From the NCBI GenBank assembly GCA_964551875.1, contig CAZKEV010000002.1, positions 16,047 through 80,046 of the forward strand: a stretch of DNA of 64,000 bases. The letters are read 5' to 3'. Position numbers and translations under genes: made by a program. Below, one piece after another: positions 16,257 to 24,747 of the stretch (position 1 is its first letter; each line of letters opens with the position of its first letter). Under the pieces are notes generated by a model, which did not search any database, was not told the origin of the DNA, and saw only the letters and a list, made by a program, of their open reading frames with translations. Source of the DNA: an uncultured Methanomicrobiales archaeon. Its GTDB lineage: Archaea > Halobacteriota > Methanomicrobia > Methanomicrobiales > JACTUA01.

Positions 16257-19200
16257 ATGGGTAGGTGGCCTACGGATTTTCCGGGTCTGGTGATCGACCC
16301 GAGCCGCCAGTGCGTCGTGAATCAGGTCGAGCTGGCGCGGTTTCCTGTACGGGTCTGCGAGTGCTTCTCCGAATGCACGAACCCCGGCGCACCCTTCCCC
16401 ATGCTGACGGAGTGCTTCATCTACGGGGTGCAGCTTGGGGATTTGGACAAGGGGTGCCCGCTCATCACGGACGGGGCGCTCGGAGTGACCGTAGGATTTC
16501 TGGAAGCCCACTTTTTCGTTCGACTCCAGCTTCCGAACGAGGCGGGGGTTGACCCGGACATCAACTTCCTCCAGGGCGGAGGAGACATTACCAACACGGC
16601 CCTCCGGTTCAACCTCTACATCGGGAAGCCCGTCGGCATCTACGAGGTTTACCTCGTGGACGGAAACGGGCATAGAGCATGGATCTCCTTCGAGCCTGCC
16701 GTGGGCTCGATTCTGTGGGTGAACATCCCGCTGGAGGACTTTACCCTTCTCGATCCTCCTGACCCCCCGAATCCCGATTTCGACTGGAGCGTCGTCCGGT
16801 ACATTTACTTCGGCTTCACGAATAACTTCCAGGTGGCCGAGTGCATGATGGCCTTGGACAACGTGAGGGTCTGCACGAAGGAGCCAATCGGAGGGTTCTC
16901 GTTCAACCCCGACACGGAGCCCTACGGGACGAATCCGGATGGAGCCTCCTGCGTGATGCTGGAGACGTTCGACAGCGAAGCGTCTCTCCGGAAGGTGGAA
17001 TGCGACGCCCCGGAGCCCGGCCCCCCGACTCCCGAGGATTGCGACAAGTGCGTGGTCGGGCCGCCGCTCATCGACGGGAACGGGGCCATTCACTTCTGCG
17101 TGGACACCATTCCCGAGCCGTTCTACCCCCCGAGCATTCGGTACATCGCCGCCGCTTTCGCCCTCACCACGGACGTCACCTTCACGATCTACTCCTGGAG
17201 GCCAGGGGTGAACGTCAGGGTGATCCTGGTTGATTTCTCTGGCCGCAGGGCGATCTACAACCTCGTGGCTATCGGGGGGTCGCAGACGGTCACGGTCAGC
17301 CTTCTCGCCTTCACGTATCCCGACGGAGGTTTCGACTTTGCCAACGTGACCGGATGGTGGACGATCTTCGGAACGGCGGGGGTCAACTCCAACGACCGCT
17401 TCGCGGTGGACGAACTGAGGACGAACGGCGGGGCCATACTCATCAACGACATGAGCACCCTGGCCGACATCTACTGCGGGTACGATCCGGAGCCCCAGGA
17501 ACCGAATACGACGATGGAGTGCGAGTGGGTCGCCCTTCTCCCGGTGCTGACGCATGTCCCGGCCCCTCCGGGGAACGTGAACTTCGACGCGCTTACGTGG
17601 ACCGGGCCTCTCACCATTGCGACGGTCAGCCAGCCGTGCGACGACCCCGCCGGGTACTGGGACCTCGGGTTCGACGACCCCCAGGATCCTTTGGGCAACA
17701 ATGACGTGCAGATCGGATTCAACCTTCCGGCCCTCCCCCCGTCGCTGATGATGCGCGAGGCCATTCTGACGTTGTTCGACGAGGCGGGCCGGGAGCTGAT
17801 GATCCATGTGGCCCCTCCGCTGGTAATCGGGGCCAACGTCATCACGATTGCTCTGAGTTCAACCCTGGCGGGGCAGCCGACCCTGGAGTCGAAGGGGAAG
17901 TTCAACGCCCGCAGGGTCATGTATTGGCAGCTCGGATTCGTAGGGGTGGAGGTCGATTCCATCGTCTACCCCTTCATCATCAATTTCGAGGGGTTCCAGT
18001 TCAGGGCGAACGGGAACGTCACGAAGGCTTTCCTGTTCCAGAACTACGGCATCGACCCCGCTACGGGGAAGGTGGACTTCGAGGCCAAGGGGGGTTACTC
18101 CTGCTACGAGGACTGGAGACAGGTGAAGGTGGTGCCTGCCGGAACGCAGTTCGAGTTCCTCGCGGGAGCGGGCGTGACGGTGGACACGGACCCGAACTTC
18201 GTCGTAGACAACGTCGGGATTGACCGGGGGAAGATCCCGGTGAACGACGACAGATCGGAGCTGCGGGCGGAAGTCTGGATGCCGGGGACCGGGTTCAATC
18301 CAGGGTGGAAGGATGGGCACGGTTGGAGCCATCTTGATTTCAGCTACCGGGCGAGACCCGACTCCCCCGCTCCCGGTGTCCCGTGCGACATGTATTACGT
18401 GATCCAGACCGTGCGAGGGCAGACGGCGACGGTCAAGTTCGACAGTCACGCCGGTGGGACTCCGATTCTTCCTCTCGACCAATGGAGGCAGTTCACCACC
18501 GACAGATGGAACATGAACATGCCGATGGGAGACATCCTGTCGGACTTCTGGCGTCTCTTCCGCGTAGTGAAGGAAAAGACGCCGAACCAGCCGAGGACGG
18601 GGACTCCTCCGACGGGCAGGGACCAGTTCATGGGGGACGAACTCGACTTCCTCAGAGCAAGAACTCACGGCGATGGTAACGACCAGAGTTTCGTCGGAAA
18701 CTGTGGGAGGCCCACGGTCGAAGCGGTGAGGGACAACGGCCAGTGGGCGTCCATCGCCGCCTACGGGGACGACCAGCCCGACCACTTCAACGGGCACGTC
18801 CATCACGAAACCGACTGCGGTGTAGCGGCGGGGAACCTGACGGGCGACCCTCCTCCGGGATGGCCCTTTAGCGGTCTTGGAGAATTATCTCCCTACCACC
18901 AGGCGTTCACCGGCTGGATGAAGATCAACAAGCTGGTCGAGGGGCAGGGCGTGATGAGCGTCCAGTTCCCGAGGCCCATCAACCTGTCCGCCGAGGTCTT
19001 GAATAACCAGTCGTTTTTTCAGATCTTCGCGTACGGGACCAACTTCGGCATGGGGCTGGATCTGGAAACCATCGCAGACGTGCAGCTGATTCTTCATGAC
19101 GCCATTGGGGGCACCGCAACCATCAGTCTTGGAACGGGCGCGTTGGGCTCCGGCCTCCTGGGAGCCCCGCAGGGCTGGAACCCTGCCAACCTGTGGGTAA

Positions 19201-22200
19201 CAAACAGTTTCCATGCGACCAATAACCTCTACGCCATGCTGTTCCGGCTCATAGAAAACACGGACGGAGGCATCAACTGGCAGGCCGTTACGGGCTACGA
19301 GTTGAAGTCGAACCATGAAGATCCCGACGGCTGGAGGATGTCCAAGACGTGGTTCTTCCAGGACTGCTACGGTACGTTCATCGCCCCGACCCTCATCTAC
19401 AACTGGGACAGGTCTACATGGACGAACCTCATCGGGTTCCAGAACCCGTCGAACCAGTTCTCCGTGGGCAAGGAGATCGACCCGATGACGACTCCGGTCG
19501 TCGCCTTGAACTGCGACCGGACGAAGAAGATCGCCTACTGGGGCATGGACGAGGACTGGATCAGGACGGCAGACATCGTCCTGGTCCCCGCCAAGTACAG
19601 GGACGATTCCATCGTGGGGATCAATGGAAATCGGGGGTACGATCCCCTCGGGAACCCCCTGCCCGGCGTCCTGGAGGCCCTCGCCAGGGACACGCGGGCG
19701 TGGTACGGCAACATCGCCTTCCGGGTGCCTCCGTTTGCCGGGTGTCGGAACATCTGGATGGACTTCTGCTACATCGAGGAGGTGATTTGCCTCGGCGAGG
19801 ACCTGGAGAAGGCCATCTACGCCTTCTGGGACACGGCATGCCCGTGCTACGGCCCTCCCCAGGAGATCTCCACCCTGGTCACCCACTACAGGGGGAAAGT
19901 TCCGCTGACGAACGAGCCCCTGTCGGGGTGGATGGACCGCATCCTGCCGGATGACCGGTTCATCCTTGAGCCGGGGGCGCAGCCGCTTCCGGCGGGATAC
20001 CCGGAGTCCATCTACTTCGAGTATTGCGCCATCCCCGACTGCGACCAGACGGCGACGGACGACACCGATCCCAACTTCACGTTCGTCAGGAGAACGCCGA
20101 CGTGCTCGCGGCCCGACGACCCGCTGAACACCATGTACGGGTACTACCGCGTCGAGGTCGAGGTGACCGCCAAGACCCCGATGGTCACGGTGAACTGGGC
20201 CGACGTTCTGAACCCCGGAGAGACGCTGGTCAGTGGGGCCATGTCCGGATTGGCGATCCTTGCGGGGATCGGGGACTCGTACAAGTGGGAATACATCATC
20301 AAAACGGCCCAGCTCCAGGCGGGAACGGTGGTCATCACGGGGGCGGCTTGGGCGGTTGCGCCCCCGGTCACGCTGGTCTCTCCGGCCATCACGATGGACG
20401 TGGACTGCGACACGGTTTCCTGGCACACCTTCGGGAGCCAGAACCCCAACGTCTACGGCCAGGTGTTCTGGGCGGGAGGAGGAAGATCGGATCCGGTGGT
20501 CCCCCCGAACGTGAAGTTGTGGACGAAGGTCTACGCCGGGCCGGGATCGGCGGGCCTGAGCAAGCGGGAGCAGTACCTCTTCGGGGACGCGACCATCCCC
20601 GACACAACGGCAAGCTGGATCTTCCAGCTCGGCGGGACGGGCATCGAGGGCTTCGCCGTCGGGCTCCCTGTCTGGATCTTCAACACGAACTTTGTGGACA
20701 ACCCCGCCAGGGCGATCACCGGCCTGGATATCGAGGCCGAGGAAATGATGATCGACCCGAACGAGGAGGTCACTGGCCTCTACGGGGTGGTGAAGTCCGT
20801 TGACCCGGCTCTGATGAGGGTCGAGGTGGACTTCAACATTCCGACGAACCAGCAAGTGCGTTTCACCATGCTGGCGATGGCCTGCATCATGGTCGCTCCG
20901 GACAAGTCTCGGGGCTACTACTGGGAGGCGAGTCCGGAGCTGGTTGACATCTGCAAGATCCTTCCGTACCTCGGCGCGGGGAGGGCGGAACTGCGGTGGG
21001 GATTCCACTACTGGAACGCGACCAAGTACCCCGCCATCGAGACGCAGGGGGCCGGGTACATCTGCGACGGGGACGGGGAAAGCTACCTCTACGAGTTCCA
21101 CGGGGAGGCCGCGAAGGAGATCATCAACCCCGTGGACTGGATGGACCTTTTGTGCAGCCCGGTGCAGGAGACCAAGCTCTCGAACGACGCCCTGCCTACG
21201 CAGGACGACATCCGGGTGTGCGACTACTGCCTGTTCCAGCCGTGCTCCATCGTCCAGATCGTGGACGAGAACTGCACGGGCAAGGAGGGGGGAGGGCCGG
21301 GCTACATCGGATCGGTCGTGCTGACGACGCCCGACGACCCCGGCAAGACATGCGCCTCCCTCTACGCCGCCGAGGGGCATCTCAAGATCATTCCCGCGAT
21401 CCCGGCGGCGGTCACCGGATGCGGGCTCATCGACGGGTTCAAGACGACGCGGAGGGCCAGGGCATTCGTGAAGCCCGACGTGGCCCGGTACGCCTACAGC
21501 CCGACCACGAAGGTCGATGCCAACGGAGTCCCGGTGGAGGGGCAGAACTTCGTGGGGGTGGACTTTGCGACCGGGTTGTTCACCTTCATCCCGGACGTCG
21601 TGGTGAGTAACCCCTGCGTCTGTTACAAGGCGCTGAACTCAAGCATCAAGATCGAGCCGCTGCTTCCCGGCATCTACTTCTTGAAGGGGATCGACAAGAG
21701 CGGATGCAAGAGCCCGCCGAGCAAGCCCATCAAGGTCGCGGGGGAATCGACGGAGCCCGAGGACTGCGGCGTGGGGTTGAGCCCGACCCTCCTGTTCCAC
21801 AAGACGCTCAATGACGGGGAGCAGGAATACGTAGGGCCGCAAGGGGCGGATCTTCCCATCGTGGGATCGACCATCAACTTCACCCTCGCCTCCCCGTCGA
21901 GGGTGGAATTCCGGGTGTCCTTCTTCGGGTTCGACGTGGTCTGGGGAAGCAAGTTGGGGAAGGACATGACGGGCTGGACCGAACTCTTGGTGAAGAACCT
22001 GCAATCCGGAGCCGTCCATAAGATCATGGACAGGCTCCTCATGGTTCGCGCCCAGGAGCAGGGCGGCCAGCCGGATGCGGAGGCCGATGGTGGGGCCGGT
22101 TCCGTGGGCTCCAGGGTCGTTGACCTCCCGGCGGGGGTCTACGTGTTCGACCTCATCATCAGGAACGGTCCCCCGCCGTCCACCGGAAGGACCAGATCCC

Positions 22201-22250
22201 CCATCGACATCCAGGTCTGGCGGTATGGGGTGTGTATTCCTCCGATGTAG
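16257..22250 (+). CDS. Giant (1997 aa) fibre/adhesin protein with several CBM-like modules
   Basis: Uninterrupted ORF with GC3-rich codons; ATG after GAGAGGTGG. Contains reiterated modules (YLVDGNGHRAWISF...ALDNVRV; ILVDFSGRRAIYNL...FAVDELR; LTLFDEAGRELMIHV...). Confidence 0.65.
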   Translation: MGRWPTDFPGLVIDPSRQCVVNQVELARFPVRVCECFSECTNPGAPFPMLTECFIYGVQLGDLDKGCPLITDGALGVTVGFLEAHFFVRLQLPNEAGVDPDINFLQGGGDITNTALRFNLYIGKPVGIYEVYLVDGNGHRAWISFEPAVGSILWVNIPLEDFTLLDPPDPPNPDFDWSVVRYIYFGFTNNFQVAECMMALDNVRVCTKEPIGGFSFNPDTEPYGTNPDGASCVMLETFDSEASLRKVECDAPEPGPPTPEDCDKCVVGPPLIDGNGAIHFCVDTIPEPFYPPSIRYIAAAFALTTDVTFTIYSWRPGVNVRVILVDFSGRRAIYNLVAIGGSQTVTVSLLAFTYPDGGFDFANVTGWWTIFGTAGVNSNDRFAVDELRTNGGAILINDMSTLADIYCGYDPEPQEPNTTMECEWVALLPVLTHVPAPPGNVNFDALTWTGPLTIATVSQPCDDPAGYWDLGFDDPQDPLGNNDVQIGFNLPALPPSLMMREAILTLFDEAGRELMIHVAPPLVIGANVITIALSSTLAGQPTLESKGKFNARRVMYWQLGFVGVEVDSIVYPFIINFEGFQFRANGNVTKAFLFQNYGIDPATGKVDFEAKGGYSCYEDWRQVKVVPAGTQFEFLAGAGVTVDTDPNFVVDNVGIDRGKIPVNDDRSELRAEVWMPGTGFNPGWKDGHGWSHLDFSYRARPDSPAPGVPCDMYYVIQTVRGQTATVKFDSHAGGTPILPLDQWRQFTTDRWNMNMPMGDILSDFWRLFRVVKEKTPNQPRTGTPPTGRDQFMGDELDFLRARTHGDGNDQSFVGNCGRPTVEAVRDNGQWASIAAYGDDQPDHFNGHVHHETDCGVAAGNLTGDPPPGWPFSGLGELSPYHQAFTGWMKINKLVEGQGVMSVQFPRPINLSAEVLNNQSFFQIFAYGTNFGMGLDLETIADVQLILHDAIGGTATISLGTGALGSGLLGAPQGWNPANLWVTNSFHATNNLYAMLFRLIENTDGGINWQAVTGYELKSNHEDPDGWRMSKTWFFQDCYGTFIAPTLIYNWDRSTWTNLIGFQNPSNQFSVGKEIDPMTTPVVALNCDRTKKIAYWGMDEDWIRTADIVLVPAKYRDDSIVGINGNRGYDPLGNPLPGVLEALARDTRAWYGNIAFRVPPFAGCRNIWMDFCYIEEVICLGEDLEKAIYAFWDTACPCYGPPQEISTLVTHYRGKVPLTNEPLSGWMDRILPDDRFILEPGAQPLPAGYPESIYFEYCAIPDCDQTATDDTDPNFTFVRRTPTCSRPDDPLNTMYGYYRVEVEVTAKTPMVTVNWADVLNPGETLVSGAMSGLAILAGIGDSYKWEYIIKTAQLQAGTVVITGAAWAVAPPVTLVSPAITMDVDCDTVSWHTFGSQNPNVYGQVFWAGGGRSDPVVPPNVKLWTKVYAGPGSAGLSKREQYLFGDATIPDTTASWIFQLGGTGIEGFAVGLPVWIFNTNFVDNPARAITGLDIEAEEMMIDPNEEVTGLYGVVKSVDPALMRVEVDFNIPTNQQVRFTMLAMACIMVAPDKSRGYYWEASPELVDICKILPYLGAGRAELRWGFHYWNATKYPAIETQGAGYICDGDGESYLYEFHGEAAKEIINPVDWMDLLCSPVQETKLSNDALPTQDDIRVCDYCLFQPCSIVQIVDENCTGKEGGGPGYIGSVVLTTPDDPGKTCASLYAAEGHLKIIPAIPAAVTGCGLIDGFKTTRRARAFVKPDVARYAYSPTTKVDANGVPVEGQNFVGVDFATGLFTFIPDVVVSNPCVCYKALNSSIKIEPLLPGIYFLKGIDKSGCKSPPSKPIKVAGESTEPEDCGVGLSPTLLFHKTLNDGEQEYVGPQGADLPIVGSTINFTLASPSRVEFRVSFFGFDVVWGSKLGKDMTGWTELLVKNLQSGAVHKIMDRLLMVRAQEQGGQPDAEADGGAGSVGSRVVDLPAGVYVFDLIIRNGPPPSTGRTRSPIDIQVWRYGVCIPPM

Positions 22251-22259
22251 GAGCGGGGC

Positions 22260-22469
22260 ATGAACAAGCCGAACACACGGGTAGTCTGGGTGGTCTACAG
22301 CGAGGGATCGGGGGCGGTGCAGGCCCTCTACTTCCGCGACCCGAAGACAGTGAAGCAGGGCTACGGGATCATCAAGACAGTTTTGGATGAGAGGGCCATT
22401 CAGAAACCCCACCATCTTCGTGTGGTTGGGGAGAAGGTCGTCAGCGTTCTTGCCCTGGGAGGAATCTGA
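22260..22469 (+). CDS. Hypothetical small protein
   Basis: 69 aa. ATG lies 10 nt after the giant gene's stop. Confidence 0.45.
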   Translation: MNKPNTRVVWVVYSEGSGAVQALYFRDPKTVKQGYGIIKTVLDERAIQKPHHLRVVGEKVVSVLALGGI

Positions 22470-22475
22470 AAAGGA

Positions 22476-22504
22476 TTGAAATAAAAGAGCGGCTCTGATA
22501 CGAT
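22476..22504 (+). promoter_or_regulatory. Candidate sigma70-type promoter of a moron
   Basis: TTGAAA-N17-TACGAT within the only AT-rich intergenic stretch of the late region (22470-22552). Confidence 0.4.
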
Positions 22505-22552
22505 TTCTTGCGTCAAGCGATCTTTTTGATCGAATCGAATAGGAGGACGCTC

Positions 22553-22816
22553 ATGGCACCGCCCCTCATCACCGAAGACATCGTGTTCCAGCACATCTCC
22601 AGCCCGTTGGGCAACCCCGGCTCGCCGTTCGACAAGGCCCTGGCGATGCGGGACCAGATCGTCGTGGGCTTCATCCAGAAGATCAACCGCCTCCCCTACC
22701 GTTCCCTCGGCGGCGGCATCCTGTCCGACCTCTGGGGCAACGAGGTGAAGGCCAACAACGCCGCGATCTTCCCCGGCATGGGCAACTTCGGGCCGGGCGG
22801 CGGGCCGCTTTCGTAG
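22553..22816 (+). CDS. Hypothetical 87-aa protein (moron cargo)
   Basis: ATG 22553 after TAGGAGGA. Gly-rich C-terminus GMGNFGPGGGPLS. Bracketed by its own candidate promoter and terminator. Confidence 0.5.
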   Translation: MAPPLITEDIVFQHISSPLGNPGSPFDKALAMRDQIVVGFIQKINRLPYRSLGGGILSDLWGNEVKANNAAIFPGMGNFGPGGGPLS

Positions 22817-22847
22817 CAAGCGCTACACGTACATCCGATAAGGGAGT

Positions 22848-22876
22848 GGGCGGAGGACGGTCTCCGCCCATTTTCC
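22848..22876 (+). terminator. Rho-independent terminator
   Basis: GGGCGGAG-GACGGT-CTCCGCCC forms an 8-bp perfect stem, followed by ATTTTCC. Confidence 0.55.
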
Positions 22877-22889
22877 TATAGGGGCGATC

Positions 22890-23822
22890 ATGAAGAAAGC
22901 CCTGATCGTAGGGATCAACCGCTACCCCTCTTCGCCCCTCAAGGGGTGCGTGAACGACGTCGAGGACTGGCACAAGCTTCTCGCGTCCCTCGGGAAGTAC
23001 CCCGCCGACAACATCCGGGCGGTGTGCGACGAGCGGGCCACGACCCAGGGCATCCGGGACCGCATGGCGTGGCTCAAGGAGGGCCTGAAGGGGCCGGGCG
23101 ACGAGGTGTTCTTCGCCTTCTCAGGTCACGGTTCTCAAGTGAGAGACCGTGGTAGCCTCGATGAACTTGCCGACAACCTTGACGAGATCCTCGTGCCTGT
23201 GGACATCGATTGGAACACCAGGGTCATCACGGACGACGACATCGGGGAGTGGCTCAAGGGATTCCCGAAGGGGACCAGGATCACGGTCGTCCTCGACTGC
23301 TGCCACTCGGGCACGGGGACCAGGGAGATGAGGCCTCCCCAGGAAAACCCGCACTACAAGGCCGACCGCTACCTTCCCCCGCCCCTCGACATCTTCCTCC
23401 GTTCCGAGGGACTTGCCACGCGGAAGGGAGTGGAGATTGGAGTCAAGATCGGGCGCGGTCACGGCAAGCGGAATGGTTGGCGGGAGGCCAAGGCGAACGG
23501 CAAGAAAAAGAGCCTGTTCTGGTGGAAGAATCCCTGCTTGAAGCCCAAGCCTGCCACGATTTCCACTCCCGTCGCCACGATGAACCACGTTCTCATCTCC
23601 GGGTGCAGGAGTGACCAGACCAGCGCCGACGCCCTCATCAATGGGCGGTACAACGGGGCGCTCACCTGCTACCTGGCGACAGCCATGCGGCTGATGCAGG
23701 GGAAGTCGATCCGAGAGGTACACGCGCTGGCGCGGAAGTCGATCTTGGACGCGGGGTACACGCAGGATTCACAGTTGGAAGGCCCCGAAAGCCTTCTGAC
23801 CCATCCGGTATTCATGGTATAA
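22890..23822 (+). CDS. Caspase-like cysteine peptidase (Peptidase C14, metacaspase/orthocaspase type)
   Basis: KALIVGINRYP...LKGCVNDV at the N-terminus. Catalytic His in FAFSGHGSQ and catalytic Cys in VVLDCCHSGTG. 310 aa. Confidence 0.85.
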   Translation: MKKALIVGINRYPSSPLKGCVNDVEDWHKLLASLGKYPADNIRAVCDERATTQGIRDRMAWLKEGLKGPGDEVFFAFSGHGSQVRDRGSLDELADNLDEILVPVDIDWNTRVITDDDIGEWLKGFPKGTRITVVLDCCHSGTGTREMRPPQENPHYKADRYLPPPLDIFLRSEGLATRKGVEIGVKIGRGHGKRNGWREAKANGKKKSLFWWKNPCLKPKPATISTPVATMNHVLISGCRSDQTSADALINGRYNGALTCYLATAMRLMQGKSIREVHALARKSILDAGYTQDSQLEGPESLLTHPVFMV

Positions 23823-23825
23823 CTA

Positions 23826-23840
23826 CGCAAACGGTTTGCG
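23826..23840. repeat. Palindrome CGCAAA-CGG-TTTGCG (copy 3, intergenic)
   Basis: Begins 4 nt after the caspase-like gene's stop. Followed by AAAAGGAG (RBS of the 23855 gene). Confidence 0.9.
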
Positions 23841-23854
23841 AAAAGGAGATCTCG

Positions 23855-24718
23855 ATGAGTCGCTACTACGCCCCGACCGATAAAACCGTCCGGGGGAACC
23901 TCTTGGACGACTTGCAGGCCGACAAGGAAGCCATCGCCGCAGCGTTCGAGGGGGTCCAGGACGAAGAGAAGATGATGGACGCGGGAGGGGCGGGTGTGGG
24001 TTACATCCACTTCCTCACCCAGCCCAACGCCGAGGACGCCTTCTCCGTGGACGGGCAGATCTACCGCTTCTTCACGGGATCGCCTCCGAGGCCCCCGCGT
24101 CCGCCGTGGAGGCCGCCGTGGAGGCCGATCCCCCGACCCCGCGAGCCCTTCCTGCCGAGGGAGATCCTCCCGAGGGAGATTCCCCCGGACGAGTTCGACG
24201 TGGGGATCATCATCGGGCTCACCGTCGAGGAGACCATCGACCACGCCGCTGCCGCAATCGAGGGGAACATCTACACGGGCGTCCGGGGCATCCGGGCGGT
24301 CAACGGGGCCGGGCCGGTCCTGCTCCTGGCGGCTCGATGGGCAGGGGCCGACTCCAACTTCCCGATCGAAGAGAGCACGGCAGGGGTCCGCATGGTGGTG
24401 GGTGAGAGCGAGGCGCGGAGCGCGGCGGAGCCCCGCCAGAGGAAGGTCGTCACCTGCAACTACGCCATGAACGACCGGGACATCGCGGCCCTGGCGACGC
24501 CGTGCGAGATCCCGATCATGTGCTGCATCGCCAGCACGGCCCCGCAGTTCGGGGGGGCGATCATCCTGCGGGGAATGGGCCTCAACGTGGTCCCCTTCAC
24601 GGCGGACATCGGCTTCGGCGTCCGCCAGATCGGGGACGAGCTCTGGATCATCACGGTTCACGACCTGGGTGGGGTCATCCTGGAAGGCGACTCCATGCTC
24701 GTGACTGCGTGGACGTAG
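23855..24718 (+). CDS. Hypothetical fibre-associated protein, paralogue A (shared N-terminal module, Pro/Arg-rich linker)
   Basis: ATG after AAGGAG. The N-terminus YYAPTDKTVRGNLLDDLQADKEAIAAAFEGVQD is shared with the ORFs at 24748 and 25833. Confidence 0.55.
   Translation: MSRYYAPTDKTVRGNLLDDLQADKEAIAAAFEGVQDEEKMMDAGGAGVGYIHFLTQPNAEDAFSVDGQIYRFFTGSPPRPPRPPWRPPWRPIPRPREPFLPREILPREIPPDEFDVGIIIGLTVEETIDHAAAAIEGNIYTGVRGIRAVNGAGPVLLLAARWAGADSNFPIEESTAGVRMVVGESEARSAAEPRQRKVVTCNYAMNDRDIAALATPCEIPIMCCIASTAPQFGGAIILRGMGLNVVPFTADIGFGVRQIGDELWIITVHDLGGVILEGDSMLVTAWT
24101..24124 (+). repeat. Perfect 12-bp tandem duplication (CCGCCGTGGAGG x2) in coding sequence
   Basis: Direct reading. Encodes the repeated PPWR PPWR in the Pro/Arg-rich linker. 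Confidence 0.8.
24155..24184 (+). repeat. 15-bp tandem repeat (CCGAGGGAGATCCTC / CCGAGGGAGATTCCC)
   Basis: Direct reading, 13/15 identical. Encodes PREIL PREIP. Confidence 0.75.
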
Positions 24719-24747
24719 GCGCACACGGTGTGCGCGGAGGGGCATGA

